DNA from: the human T2T-CHM13v2.0 reference genome, Homo sapiens
DNA: 64,000 nt
Strand: one strand, 5' to 3'
Assembly: GCF_009914755.1 (NCBI RefSeq)
Contig: NC_060928.1
Position numbers and translations under genes: made by a program. The notes beneath the pieces were generated by a model, which saw nothing but the letters and a program-made list of their open reading frames with translations, was not told where the DNA came from and searched no databases. Positions 25,319 through 39,380 of the stretch are shown here, one piece after another (the first letter of the stretch is position 1; each line of letters begins with the position of its first letter).

Positions 25319-26554
25319 TTACTTAAAGCTATATAAAAATGTTGTTAAAGAAAATGCTGAGTTAAACTAAACATATTACTTTACTGTAGGACTTATCACT
25401 ACCATGTTTAATATAAATATATGCATTGCATATCTTCCAGTAGTGGGTACCATGTGGAGCACTTACTAAATGTGTTTCGTCATGTGACTGTTTTATCTGT
25501 TTTCTCTTAAATAAATATTGAGTGCTTTGCAACACAAAGTTTAGTGCTCTATGGAGATGAACTTTCCTAGAGTTAATATTCATCGCTAGTAGACTATACT
25601 GTGACAAAAATAATGTAATTACTTTGACTATTTTCCACCGTGGATATTACCGGAATCACATTATTTCACAGTCATTATTAAAATGGCCAGAAAGATTAGA
25701 AAAGTAAAATACAATATTGGAAAAAAATAGAAAACTGAAAATTGCCACCATATCTACTTAGTCTTTGACATGGCTATGTAAAAAACATTGGTCCTGTATA
25801 TGGATGAACCTCATGACTTCTGTAATATTTTAGTGGTGATTTTATGAAAACATTGTCCTTTTCTAAAGTCCCTGAAAATCAGTTTTGTATCTTCAAATTA
25901 GAAAGCTGGAGAGAGCAATGCGTCATGGGGTTATGGAAGAGAGAGTAGGAATCTGGTCCCAAGTGAATTCAAATACACCACTTGGGTCCCATTCATCTAC
26001 TCTCTGGCCCATGGTACCACCTGGTCCTTCCATGAAGGTGCCTTTTGGAGACAGCAGAATATCCTAGGCATTTGCTTCAATTTTCCAATTTTAGACCCAA
26101 AGTCAAATGTTTCCCAAATGATTTAAATTGATACACATAGGCCACTGGCACTGGGATTTCCATTTCCTTCCTGGGCTTTGTAACTATAGAAAAACAACTT
26201 ACGAAGGAAGATGTGGGGATTCTTCTACCACAGGTAGTCAGGTAGACCTGTCCCCAGAGATGAAGAAATGTACATGGGATATACGAATGAAGGGTGATGG
26301 GAAGGGAAATTGAGGTTAATGCTGAGGTTTCTGGCTGAGAGTCTGAATACAGTCTACTGTGAGCAAAAGTGGTTATGGTGCTTTTTGATTTTTAAAAGTT
26401 AGCTGAGAGGTGTGCCGTGGCCAGCAGTGTTGGTAGCCAGAAACTTCCCGTAAACCAGAGAGCACACTGCATCCAAGGGCTGTGCTACAAATCAGCTTTG
26501 GTATGAATTTAGGACATTTGCAAGTATTATGCCTGTTACCTTAAATGGGATTTA

Positions 26555-26901
<347 letters not shown>

Positions 26902-27369
26902 AAATGAGATTCAGTCTGTGCTTTTTCAGGATTTAAATTTGCCAAAAGAAATTGAAATTATACATTGCTAGTCTCATTAGAGAGTTCTGTCATATTAGGT
27001 GACACTAACAAGAAAAAAAATCCATGTCCAAAGGCTAAGGCTATCAGGAGCATCTAGTTACAATGATCAAAGTGATGATTAAAGAAAAATAACTATTTCT
27101 TGCCTGTTTAAAGCCATGCCATTACAACAGACTAATTGAAATGTGAAGCAAAGATTATGTAGATTTTGCTTGCTGGATGTTGTAATGTTAAGACTTTATT
27201 GATCAAAAAGAGGCAAGTAGCTTTTGAACTGTATTAGCAGTTCTTCTACTGGTTGGAAATTTATTTTCTGATAGTGTAAGTTACCAGAGCTTCATCATGC
27301 TGTGAAGTGTATTTCAAGTCAAAAAAATTAAATTGAACCCATAATGCATAAGGGTCTTTGTGCCTTGTA

Positions 27370-27610
27370 ACCTAGTGAATAAGAACATAGGCTTTGGAAT
27401 CAGAACCACCTTAATTTACATATAAACTTAGCCATTGTTTTGAAAAAGACAATCAAGTTTTCTAAGCCTCAGTTTTTTCAACTGTAAAAGTGGGATATTA
27501 ACAGCCACCTGAATAAGTCTATTTATGACCAAATGGAATGAATACCAGGCCCTAGACCAGTAAGTACCACATAATCATCAGCAAATAAATTGGGGAAATA
27601 ATTATAATAA
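27370..27610 (+). mobile_element. MIR
   Basis: AAGAACATAGGCTTTGGAATCAGA..TCTAAGCCTCAGTTTTTTCAACTGTAAAAGTGGG. Confidence 0.7.
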
Positions 27611-27719
27611 TAATTATCACCTCTCTGTCGGGCTAGAGTGGAACTTGAGGTTCATTTAATCCAAGTCTTACAATTTGAATGAGGACACTGAGTCACAAAG
27701 TGGAAACAGTTTCAAAGTG

Positions 27720-28220
27720 CTTTTATTCATTCGATGATATATTGTAGACCCCCCATTTGTCAAGCTCTGTGGTAGGCACTGGCAAATGAAAGTATAAGCA
27801 TTCACCATATATGCATTCACCATGTATGTATTCATACCCAGACCCATTCAAGGACTAATTGATGGCATCTGTCCCTTAAGGAGTTCGGAGTATACAGAAG
27901 GACACACATGGTGAATTTTGTGCTATAACGGAGGGCTCAACAGGTTGCTGATGGAAGAACAGAAGACACCATGACTCTGCCAGGAAAGCCACTTCAGAGA
28001 AAAGGTGGTAACTTATGGGGTCTTGAAGGAAGAAAATGATTAATGTCAACCATACAGACCTTCTAGAGTATGCAGAGAAAGTATCAACCATATTTTACTA
28101 ATGAGAAAACCAAGAATTTGAAAAAATGTATTATTAGTCGATGGTTCCATGATATTTTAGGGGCAGAAATGGAACTAAAACTCAGGGCTTATCATCTGTA
28201 TCTCTTACTACTTCTATTCT
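27720..28220 (-). mobile_element. L2 fragment followed by a MIR fragment
   Basis: TTTATTCATTC..CTGTGGTAGGCACTGG and CCATATTTTACTAATGAGAAAACCAAG. Confidence 0.55.
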
Positions 28221-31200
28221 TTCTCCCATTCTCTCACATGAATAATATCTAAGTTTGCAGAAAGAAATTAGTTCAGCAGTTTAATTACACTGTGGATAAC
28301 TTTTAATTTATTCATTTCTCATGGAATTATTTCCTCTTGCTTGATTTATGCCCTTACTTGATCTATTTCATTTTACTTTGATTTTCCCCTTTGTAATCAG
28401 ATGATGCATCTTTGATAATATTTCATTCTCTTTCTGTATATAGCCATTTGTTTTTCTCCCCCTGGAGAACTAATTCATATATATTCTAAAAATAAGCAAA
28501 TAGTGTAAATGCAAATGGGCTTCAAATGATACTTTACAAGCGCCTAAATTGAACTTTGTTTCACTTGTATCCTGATGCAAAATGTTCCTAACTTTAAGAT
28601 TATCTCCCATAGGGCCATTCCAATTGTAAAATGAACTCTGCATCTGATTTTCAGATTATTGGATCTACATATTTACCATAACTCTGATTAAAGGCCTTTG
28701 AAGCAAATGGACCATAGCTGTTTTTGCAATTGAGCCTTATTAAAATTTAAAGTGTATCCGTAAACATGTAAGTGCCTATTATAGATCAAAGTTCAGAAAA
28801 TTAAATATTCACAAATACAGCTCATTTTACAAAAACTACAGACTTGAAATTATCTAAGCCAAATAATCTTAGCACTTACCACAAAATAGCCTTAGTTATT
28901 TCAGCAGCAAGATTTTATTTATGTTAAGCAACTTTTTGTGACTTGAGCAAAGGTTTTATTTTACCTGGAAAACTCAGCATATATAGCTCTTACTCATGGA
29001 ACACTGTTGTAATATTAAGATATAAAAATGATAAAGTACCACCTCACATTATATCATTTAATGCATCAGCAATGAAACCATTTGGGGTTTATTTATTTTG
29101 CTGATTGACTTGATTCCCATCCTTTGGAGAGGTTAATAAAGTTGGGCATATTTCATGATTATTCAAATAAGATAGCAAACTTTAATTTCTGTAACCCTCT
29201 AGGAGGGTTCAGCCAACAAGTACAATACTGTGTGCTGTTTTAGGATGTTTAGATTGGTGCCTCCACAAATGAAAAATGAGGCCTTGTATTTGTTGATAGC
29301 AAGTAGATTGTACTGCAGAATTAAAAGGAAAGAAATCAATGCTGCCAAAATAAAACAATACAATTAGAACCACATTTTGACTTGTCTCAGAAACATTTTT
29401 TGGTATTAAAGTTATTGGGCTATTAAATTGCGTGGGGAAAAATAATAGAGCTCATTACATGGAGTGTTCTGCTTTGCCACAGCTGGAGTCTGGATTGCAC
29501 ACTTTAATATTACTTACATGTACTGGAGCAAGCTGAAGAAATACAGATTATTAAGAAATAACCTTTTCCATTAGGGGAGCTTCAAAGTCCTCAGGACCTT
29601 TTGGGGGTATTAGTGGGAATATAAAGAAGAATGAAGTATCTTTTTGCCACGCATTTTCCAATGTGAACAATAAAATCTATTAAAAAGTTTGTTTCTGTTT
29701 CAATATATTTCCCTGATAGAAAGAAAAGAAAGAGGGAGTTTAAGGGAGAACCAATTAAAGACTAAAAATAGAAGGGATGGAACTACAATTTCCTTAGATA
29801 GCATTGAGACAGACAACTCTGTTTGATCATTTAAGGCCAAAGATTAAATGGTAACTCAGAAATTTTTAATTATTTCCCTCAACAATAATTTCAGAAACAA
29901 CTCATAGGACTTGTCTTTTTACTTGTGGCCATTTAAATGATGGTGGGCAGCAGCAGTTCTATTGTTTTTCCTTATTTTGGGGAGTGGACCGGTTTTATGC
30001 ATACTGTCTTCCACTAAAAAAATCAGACAAAAAAGTTAAAAAAAGCTGTTAAGGCAATTAAATTACTTACCATCTTTACTAAGGAAAGAATGATAGATGC
30101 ATGGTAATTGAGGATTTACCTAGTTGCTAGGGATGGCAGTAAGAGTTTCACATACATTACATCCTTTAATCGTTCATAAATCACTTATTTTTTGGATAAC
30201 AGAACCTATCCTTGCTTTTTGGAAAATCACATTGCCTTCCACATTGTTCATTTATGAGAAGGACCCTGTGCCCTGGCTCAAAAGGTAAACGTATGACCCA
30301 GATCTGGTTAATGAAAACACTGTGGCAATAAGGACAGACAATTAGGATGTGATTATAGCTTCGTCAGGGTATAGAATTCTGGGACTTTTCCTGAAACTAT
30401 CCAATTTTGAGAAAAATCCTCTGGTCATCTACTGTGGATCTACAAGTAGCAAAATCTTTCTCTTCCTTTCTGTCTCTCCATTTGCCTTCTTCTGCCCTTT
30501 TTAGACATTCTAGTAACTAGCTCACTCACCATGAAAACAACTATGAAAGAGTCATTTTTGAATACAAAACAAATAAACCAAAGGTTTAATTTAAAAAAAA
30601 AAATTGCTGAACCCTGGGATACATAAGACTGCCAAAATACTTATTAAAACATATAAGCAATTCTAAAGGAGTCAGAATGAATGCTTAGAGTTTAAGTGAC
30701 TATCATCAACATTTAATTTACCGAGGTGGATGTGCCATTGACCACTGATATTAAAGAGCCATTACCAAGAATGCACATATGAGCACATTACATCTAAATG
30801 GTCCCTTCACCTCTTTCTGGATAGCTTGTGGGAATCACTTTTAACTATGCTAATTGTTTATGCCGAGTAAACATTCATGCTTAAATGCCTCCAACAAAAT
30901 AACATGTAACATTTGGGAATTTCGTGGTAACTTGATGACTTTTATTATCAGAACCAAATAAAGAACACATGTTTATTGCATATTAAATAGAAATGAGGAA
31001 AATTTCTTAACCAAAACAAAAACTTTTTTTAAAAACTGTAGTAAACTGCATATTTTCTAGAAGGCCAACAACAAAAGCAAACCTCTCTTTAATAAGTATT
31101 TTATGTTATAAAATTGGAAAATTTGTCCACACGCAGGGATTTAAAATTGAGTTATCAAATTCCAGATTTTAAACTAAATATGAAAAAGTGTTGTGACCTA

Positions 31201-31679
31201 AAAATTATTTCAAGCTTAAGATACCAAAGTGAACAAAAATACTTTCACATTTATATTCCACCTCTCAACACTCGCGTAAATACACAGAACCCAAAATATC
31301 TTTTGCAATTATCTTAATTACTGTTACCTTTGATTTATCTTACAAGGGTAATGCATTTAAAATTGTAATTTCTCATTAATGTCAGTTAGGTTTTAAAGGA
31401 TTTTAAAAACATTACTTCTCTGTTGGTTGGTCTGATGTTTTAAATATGTTTGATTCAAATAATACAGATGTTATAACTAAAGGATCAGTTTCCATAGGGC
31501 CATAATTTTGCAATGCTAATAACTACTAGATTTTTTTTAAAGATAGGTATTTCCCACAAGCACATTTGTATATATTGGCAGAAGGAATGGATATGTTAAA
31601 AAATGATTCAAACACAAATGGTTTCCTTCAACTTAATGTTTTAAACTTTCTGTGTGTTTGAAGCATTTCTCCAAAAACA

Positions 31680-32520
31680 TGATGATGGAACATGCATTGG
31701 AAGAAGAATCAGAAAAGTCAAATTTTTACATAAAGTCTGTTAACTCCTTTGCTGTGTGAATATTGACACATTGCTTAACATTGCTTAATCTTTCTGTGTG
31801 TTACTATATTCAAATTGGGAATTGCATTACTTGCATTACATATCTTTCCACAATTTATATGAAAATCAAATGGGATAACAGATATGATAGGCAACGAAAA
31901 TTCCAAAATGCTAAATTAATGAATGGGTGCTCTGTTCATCACTTACCAATCTAATATTTAATGAGCTACTACTCAATATATAGATAATTTAGAAAAAGTA
32001 CTCAAATATGACAGTAGGAGAGATACATAAAATATGTTAAGTCCTATAAGAAAGGTTTAGTTCAAATGCTAAGAGAATTCAGAGACAGGGAAAGATAATT
32101 TTGACTGAGAGAGAGGACTAGGAGGGAAAGTAGAAGTGACGCTATTTGAACTGGGTCTTGGGAAACACTAGGACCTGGATCTCAGATGAGAAAACATGTT
32201 TTAAGTAGGGGAGGAGATAATGGATTTGAAGGTTTAGGGTTATCTATTGCCTGTTTTGAGTGCATGATATAATGCATTTCACTTCTTCAGTTAACTAAAA
32301 GAATCACGTAAATTGTTTAAAAGGAGTAGAAGATCTTGAATAATCATATACCTTTTTACTAAGCAATTAATATATCTAAGACATTGTTTTTATCTACTAT
32401 CTCAGTGTTGTGATATGAGTATTATTGCTATTATATCCATTGATAGATTAGAAAATTGAAATTACAACAAAAATTACTTGACTCCAAAACCACGGATCTC
32501 CCCTACATCCTGCTCTATTA
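31680..32520. mobile_element. Cluster of old MIR(+), L2(-) and MIR(-) fragments
   Basis: Degenerate MIR cores and L2 TATTTGAACTGGGTCTTG. Confidence 0.5.
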
Positions 32521-32984
32521 TTCTCTTGTAAAATAGATTGTGGTTCTTTTTATTTCTGTAACTTAAAACGTTTTTCCATTGATGTCATTCTTTCAACTAC
32601 ACGTTGAGTGCAAAGATGAGGTGCTTGCTCTCAAATGGGAAGTAGGAAGTTGAACAGAGTTGTCCTTCTTCCATGGATTTAATGAGGAATTAAGATTCAG
32701 AAATGAGCTCTCATGTGCACCTATCCAGCCCTCCAACACCCACTCCTCAATGGACTAAATATTTAACCTAGGTGGAAAAGAACTCACACATTGGAGGAGG
32801 ACTAACATGTGACTTCCTTTGCACATGACCCAGGATCATAAGTGGGGGACCTTCTATTTGCTCTTTACATTCAGTCTTCTGCTCATTGTCACATATGCCC
32901 ATGATCTTAAAAGCAAGCCACTAGAGTGTGTTTCTAAGAGCATAGCTATAATTCAGATAAATGTGGAGAAAATTTGTAATTCCG

Positions 32985-33414
32985 TGTCTTAGTCTGTTTA
33001 GTGTTACTATGAAGAGATACCTGAGGCTGGGTAATGTATAAAGAAAAGTTAATTTGGCTCACCCTCCCACAGGCTGTACAAGAAGCACAGCACCAGCATC
33101 TGCTTATGGTGAGGGCTTCAGGATGCTTCCACTCATGGTGGAAGGGAAAAAGGAGCTAGTGTGTGCAGAGGTGACGCAGTGAGAGAGGAAGCAAGAGAGA
33201 GAGTGGAGATGCCAGGTTCTGTTTTAACAAACAGCTCTTAAGGGAACTAGCAGAGGGAGAACTCCCTCATTACCACAAGGACAACACCAAGCTTTTCAGG
33301 AGGGATCTAACCCCCTTGAGTCAAACATCTCCCCCAATTAGGCCACACTTCTAACAGTGAGGATCAAATTTCAACATGAGGTTTGGGTTGGGGGCTAATA
33401 TGCAAACCATAGCT
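32985..33414 (-). mobile_element. MSTB-like MaLR solo LTR
   Basis: TGTCTTAGTCTGTTT..CTGAGGCTGGGTAAT..TTTCAACATGAGGTTTGG..AAACCATAGC; TSD TTCCG/TTCCC. Confidence 0.88.
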
Positions 33415-33470
33415 TTCCCTTACTAGCAGAGTGACCCAAGGCAAGTTGCATACAATGGAGATAAAAATCC

Positions 33471-33842
33471 TGTGTTAATCAGCTTGGGCTACCATAACAA
33501 AATACCATAGACCTGTTGGATCAAACAGCAGACATTGGTTTCTCACAGTTTCAGAGGCTGAGTAGTCTAAGACCAAGGGGCTGGCTAATGCCATTCTGCG
33601 TCAGGGCCCTCTTCCTGGCTTGCAGATGGCCGCTTTCTTATTATATCTTCACATGGTAGAGAAAAAGTGATCTCTGGTCTCCCTTCTTTTACTTTCGAAA
33701 GTGCTAATCTCATCATGGGAGCCCTACCTTCATGATTTCACCCAAATCTAATTACCTCCAAGGAGCCCCACCTGTAAAAATGATCACATTGGGTGTTAAG
33801 GCTTCAACATACAAATTTTGAGACACAATTCAGTCCATGGCA
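33471..33842 (-). mobile_element. MLT1A0-like MaLR solo LTR
   Basis: GGGCTACCATAACAAAATACCATAGAC..GGCTTCAACATAC..CAATTCAGTCCATGGCA; TSD AATCC/AATAC; sits with the MSTB inside a fragmented MIR. Confidence 0.85.
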
Positions 33843-34029
33843 AATACTGTAGGGTAGTTTCAAACTTTCATAAACATAAATATGTGAACTATTTAGCCTC
33901 AAACCTGGCATATAGGTACATTGAAATGGCAACTATTTGTGTCATACGGCTATTCATGTTTTACATCCACATAGTACCATCTCCTACAACATTCACCTAA
34001 AGCAACTGATTGGCAATGACATTCATTAC

Positions 34030-34660
34030 AGATTTATAGCTATTCAATAATCATTTACAGAATACTCTGTGTCTGGCACTGTGTTGGGTGAGGAGAGGAG
34101 AAAGTATATAAAAAGTTGAGTAATTTAAAGCTCTTATTTTTGAAAAACTCATAGAAAAATGAGGAGTGCAGAGAGCTCTAAAGAGATTGCTGAAATATAA
34201 AATGGGATTAGACCATGGGGAAAACTGGTGACTGATTCTGCCAGACGAAATCAAAGAAAGCTTTAAAGAGAAGTGATGTTTCAAGCAGCTCTGGATATCC
34301 AAGTAGAATTTATCTGCCAGATAGCACAAAAAAAGAAGGATGCTCTAAGTAGAAACAATAGTATCTGATAAGCAGGGAAGCATGAGCAAGCAAAGAACTG
34401 TAGGGAAACTAATGGGAGACAGGAATTGTTGGAGCAACAGTCACATACAGGAACAGGTAAAGAAACACAGTCAATGTCACTGAGAACTGGATTGTGAGAT
34501 CCCTCTGATTCCACAATCAAGAGACAGGGCGGAGCCGAAAGTATTTTTAATTTAATGTTGGCAATAGTGTGAAGAATGAGTTGGTCTGGGATGAGACAGG
34601 TGGCAAGAGGCCAGTCAGGACACCAGTGTCACAGTCTCTAGACAACAGGTGAATAGACCT
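34030..34660 (-). mobile_element. L2 fragment (continues to about 35110 after the MSTA)
   Basis: CATTTACAGAATACTCTGTGTCTGGCACTGTGTTGGG start and further L2-like body. Confidence 0.6.
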
Positions 34661-34662
34661 AT

Positions 34663-35046
34663 TGATATGGTTTGGATTTGTATCCCTACCCAAATCTCAT
34701 GTCAAATTGTAATTCCCAGTGTTGGAAGAGGGGCCTATTGGGAAGTGATTAGATCATGGGAGTGGGCTTCCCCCTTGCTATTCTTGTGCGGTGAGTGAGT
34801 TCTCAGGAGATCTGGTTGTTTAAAAGTTTATAGCACCTCCCCCTTCGCTCTCTTCCTCCTGCTCCACCCATGTAAGACATGTCTGCTTCCCCATTCGCCA
34901 TCCACCATGATTGTAAGTTTCCTGAGTCCTCCCCAGCCAAGCTTCCTGTACAGTTTATGGAACTGTCAGCCAATTAAACCTTCTTTCTTTATAAACTACC
35001 CAGTATCAGATAGTTCTTCATATCAATGTGAGAACAGACTAATACA
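34663..35046 (+). mobile_element. MSTA-like MaLR solo LTR
   Basis: TGATATGGTTTGGATTTG..AGAACAGACTAATACA; TSD CCTAT/CTTAT. Confidence 0.9.
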
Positions 35047-36515
35047 CTTATACAAGGCAGTAGAGGTAGAAAGGAAGAGACAATACTTAGAGACATTTGG
35101 GAGTAAGAAGACTTAGAGCTTCCATTTCAGGTGGATTGAGAGATTTACTCCTGATGAGAGGTCAAAGGATTCCTATTGAACCAGATATCAGTTGCTGGGG
35201 AACAGTCATATGTGACTGCAACATCAAGGAACCCACAAATGCAGCCTCGCACACATACAGGACATAAAGCCAAACTGCAAAAGGTAACACATCAAAATAC
35301 CTCTATATTGTGTAATGCCAGATTTGTGTAAATCAGAAAAGAACTGCCAGGCTCACCAACAACCTCATTTATATTACGGTAACTATCAATACCGAAAACT
35401 GTTATTTCCTATTATATTTTTAAAAAGTCAAATTAATAAACTTCAATTATGAACAACCAGCATTTATTAATTATCTCCTATAATCACTATGACAAAGATA
35501 GTTAATTCCCTGCCCGGTATATATGCTTGCTTCTACTTTAAGAACAAATCCACAATTTTATTAAGATTAGCAAGTACCCAATTTAATAAATATATATGTG
35601 TAGATCTATATATTATATAGATATGTGTACATTTGTGTATATATACACATACCTATATTTTTTCCTTCTCTCATGAAGCTAGGGGTGGCCAATGAGATAT
35701 GAATGGAAGCCACTGGCTGATGTATCTGAGGACCTCTTTATAGGGGTCTAGACTTATGTGGAAGGGGGCCCATTGTCCTCCCTGCCACCCCCTCTTTCTT
35801 GCTTCTTGGATGAATTTGTAAAGGCCAGAACTCATGAATAGACACAAGCACCAATCTTAGTAGAATAAAACAAAACAAAACAAAAAACCTTAGTATACAT
35901 AATAAAAATTTAACACTAAGTTGTATCAGCTAACACTATTTGGATTTTCTGATGTGTACAATGCAACCTAATTAACATGTCATATAGCCAGCATCATGCT
36001 TAGAGCCAGGGAAAGCAAAGATAACTAAAATACATAAACCATCTGAAATACCACAGGATAGGGAATATAACTTTAAAAACAATACCTTTCCATTCCCCAC
36101 CCAAATAGTCTAATATAAACTGAAAACTGGATGAGGATGGAAGTTACTTTGTAGTCACGACAATATTGAGTATCCTGAGGAATCAGTTCTCTATCAAGTA
36201 GCGTGAGTGATAACTCATACCTCATCTCAAAGCTTAACATTTTTCTAGGTACCAGTGGGGCAGAAACACATGATTCCTAGTCCCAAACAGTTTACAACGC
36301 AGAAGGGGAGCCAGAACAGTACTTGATAATAAGTAGCATATATTTATGGCCATAGTCAGCGCTGCTATGTAGTTTTTAATTCAACAAATATTCCCCATGA
36401 TAACTTGCCCTGAGGGAGAGAGTCATGAGTGTGCAACAATATTGCCCTGTTTTCAAAACTAGGTTTTGAGGGGGAGGATAAATAGAATTCAAATCGTATT
36501 ATAATATGGTAGACT

Positions 36516-37537
36516 TGTGTGAACTTAATAAGTGACAATCCTGGTGGACCCCAAATTCATGTGTTGAGTTTCTAATCCCTACCACCTCAGAATGTCACCT
36601 TATTTGAAAATAAGATCATTGCAAAAGCAATTTCTAGTTATGATGAGGTCATAGTGGAGTAAAGTGGGCCCCTAAACCAATATGACTGATGTCCTTATGA
36701 AAAGGAGATATTTGGACATAGACATATACACAGGGACAAGGCTGTGTGAACCTGATGGTTGATATTGAGTGTCAACTTGATTGAATTGAAGGATGCACAG
36801 TATTGTTCCTGTGTGTATCTGTAAGGGTGTTGCCAGAGGAGATTCACATTTGAGTCAGTGGGCTGGGAGATGCAGACCCACCCTCAATCTGGGTGGGCAC
36901 CATCTAATCAGCTGCCAGCATAAAAGCAGGCATGGAAAGAGCAGACTTGCTGAGTCTTCCAGCCACCATCTTTCTCCTGTGCTGGATGCTTCCTAAGTTC
37001 AAACATCAGACTCTAAGTTCTTCAGCTGTTGGACTCTTGGACTTACCCCAGTGCTTTGCCAGGGGCTCTCTGTGGCCTTTGGCCACAGACTGAAGACTGC
37101 ACTATCGGCTTCCCAACTTTTGAGTTGTTGGGATTCGGACTGGCTTCCTGGCTCCTCAGCTTGCAGACAGCCTTTTGTGGCACTTCACCTTGTGACTGTG
37201 TGAGTCAATTCTAATAAAATCCTCTTCATATATTCATCTATCCTGTTAGTTGTGTCCCTTTAGAGAACACTGACTAATACAGTGAAGATGAAGGAAAAAC
37301 TCTGGGTAATGCTTCTTCTTCATGGCAAGGAATGTCAAAAATGGTCAATAAACCACCAGATACTAGGGAAGAGGCATGGGTAAGATCACTCTCACCGCAT
37401 TCAGAGCGAATCAACCCTGCTGATGCCTTGATCTCAGATTTTGAGCCTCCAAACCTGTGAGACAATATATTCCTATTGTTTAAGCCACCCACTCAATTAG
37501 CAATACTTTGTTCAGGCTGCTCTAACAAACTAAGACA
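36516..37537 (+). mobile_element. MLT1B-like MaLR LTR, interrupted by MLT2A1
   Basis: CCTCAGAATGTCACCTTATTTGAAAATAAG..GATGAGGTCATAGTGGAGTAAAGTGGGCCC; end CAAACTAAGACA; 5' boundary approximate. Confidence 0.82.
36751..37281 (+). mobile_element. MLT2A1-like HERV-L solo LTR
   Basis: TGATGGTTGATATTGAGTGTCAACTTGATTG..GAGAACACTGACTAATACA; perfect TSD GTGAA (36746-36750 / 37282-37286). Confidence 0.9.
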
Positions 37538-37600
37538 AGCTTTAATGGAGTCTACAAGTTTGTTGAGACATGTTTAAGTCCCATGCACTAGGACACTGAT

Positions 37601-37605
<5 letters not shown>

Positions 37606-37632
<27 letters not shown>
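37606..37632. repeat. A27 homopolymer
   Basis: Seen directly. Confidence 0.9.
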
Positions 37633-38004
37633 GCTTGATTGACAAGTAAACCCAGATTTTGTTGAATATTTCAACATAATAACACTTGAAAGAAAATAAT
37701 AGAAAAACTTTGCTTCTTGAGGAGGAAACAGCCCTGTTCTAAAACTGCTTACCATGAGTGCTAGTGAAAGAATTATAAAGAAAGTACAGAACTTTAGTAA
37801 TTTGATAGTAGAATATTATGAATTTGAGGATTCATGACATTCTTGGGATACATTTTAGAAAAACTGAGAAAGGGCTTCCTCACATAGCAAAGGAGGTAAA
37901 ATTCAAAAATGATATAAAAATAAGCACTATGAGAGGATAAAAGAGAAAAAGAATACATTGTGGGATCAGAAAAGGAGGTGGCATTTGAGAAGAAACTTGA
38001 AGGA

Positions 38005-38580
38005 TGTTCTATTAATCAGAGTCTGGTGTTTTAGACAAAGTCTATTTAATACTGACCATTGGTTACTCGGGTGATTAAAGACTGAAGCTTCTGGGGATGT
38101 TGATGTAACCCAGAGCTCAACAGCTTTAGGAAGTTGCTACCATTCTTCAGGCCAGCAGGGGAGAAAAAAAGAAAGAATGAACGAATCTGAAAGGAGAAGC
38201 TCCCTGCAGTTGGTAGTTGGACCTCTTAGGGAAAAAAAGCCATTGTTTCACACATACTAGACCACTGAGGGGGCCTGGCTGTTTTTTTACACATCTCAGA
38301 GGGGCTCTGCTGTGTGTTGGGAGAATGGGGGTGGGCTATGTGGTACTCCCCCCACTCAGGTAAAGTGACATCAGGGCTAGAAGTGTCAAGGAAGTTGGAG
38401 GCTGAAGCCATCGTTGTCTGCCTCAAATGGAGAGGGAGACCCAACCTGGAAGTCAGAAAAGAATCCTTCTTCCAACTTCCACCTCCTGTCCACATTTCCT
38501 ACTGGCAAAATCTACCCAGAGATGGCTGAAAATGGGAGTCTGGAAAATGTAATTTTTGGAACCTTAATCCTAACTTCTCA
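38005..38580 (-). mobile_element. Old ERVL-type LTR (LTR40/41-like), tentative
   Basis: GC-richer block with AGGAAGTTGCTACC and CCTACTGGCAAAATCTA..GGGAGTCTGGAAAATGTAATTT. Confidence 0.4.
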
Positions 38581-39109
38581 GAAAAGAGTAGGTGGTGGAT
38601 AGCGGTAGGACTTGGAACTAATAGCCAACAGGTAAAAGAGGCAGAGATGTAGAGGTTTTAATGTAAAGAAACAGGGTGAAAAGGAGGTATTTCCCGTTTC
38701 CTGAAGGCCCTGAGCATTGGTAAAGAGTCTGGAATGGAAAAGGACAGTTTGGTCAATAATGGTGATTCCGTGATGTAAGTCAGAAATGGGTCTAGGTGAT
38801 AGAAATGTTAACGTGAACAAAATATACAATAGCTGTTTGTAGACTATTTAATTTAACCTTAGCATCAAGCATGTAATATAGGAAGAAGTAGAAAATAAGT
38901 CTAAAAAGGGAGGACAGGAGCCTAGAACTGCATTCTGGATAACTTGTGGCATCCATATGGGAGAAGGATATATAACTCAATAAATCATGTTTAATATCAG
39001 TGGCTTTTGAAAATGAGTCTGAAGCATGTCAATGGATTAGGAACATTAATTCAGAGGGTTTATAGAATAGATTCACTTTTCCTAATAGTCAAAGTTATTA
39101 TTTTATCAT

Positions 39110-39380
39110 TTTCATCATTATCATTGTCATCATTATCATAATTACAATGTTTATCCAGTACTCAATATATAGCAGAAATTGAGCACTTTCCTATATCACA
39201 TCGAACCCTCCAAACAACACTATACAGCAGCTGTTATTTTCCCTATTTTATATGGGAAGTAACTGAAGATCAAATAGAGTACATCTTTTGGTCAAAGTCA
39301 TATTGGTTCGAAGTGGTTGAACCTGGATTCAAACTCAAGTCTGACCCTAGATTTCTTTCTCTTAAGCATTACATGCTTCT
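39110..39380 (-). mobile_element. MIR with (TCA)n tail
   Basis: CCCTATTTTATATGGGAAGTAACTGAAG..GGATTCAAACTCAAGTCTGAC. Confidence 0.7.

Noticed and set aside
38260-38280. CTCF-like ACCACTGAGGGGGCC in the putative ERVL LTR
   Set aside because: One extra base breaks the CCACnAGGGGGC register; cannot be supported without ChIP data.
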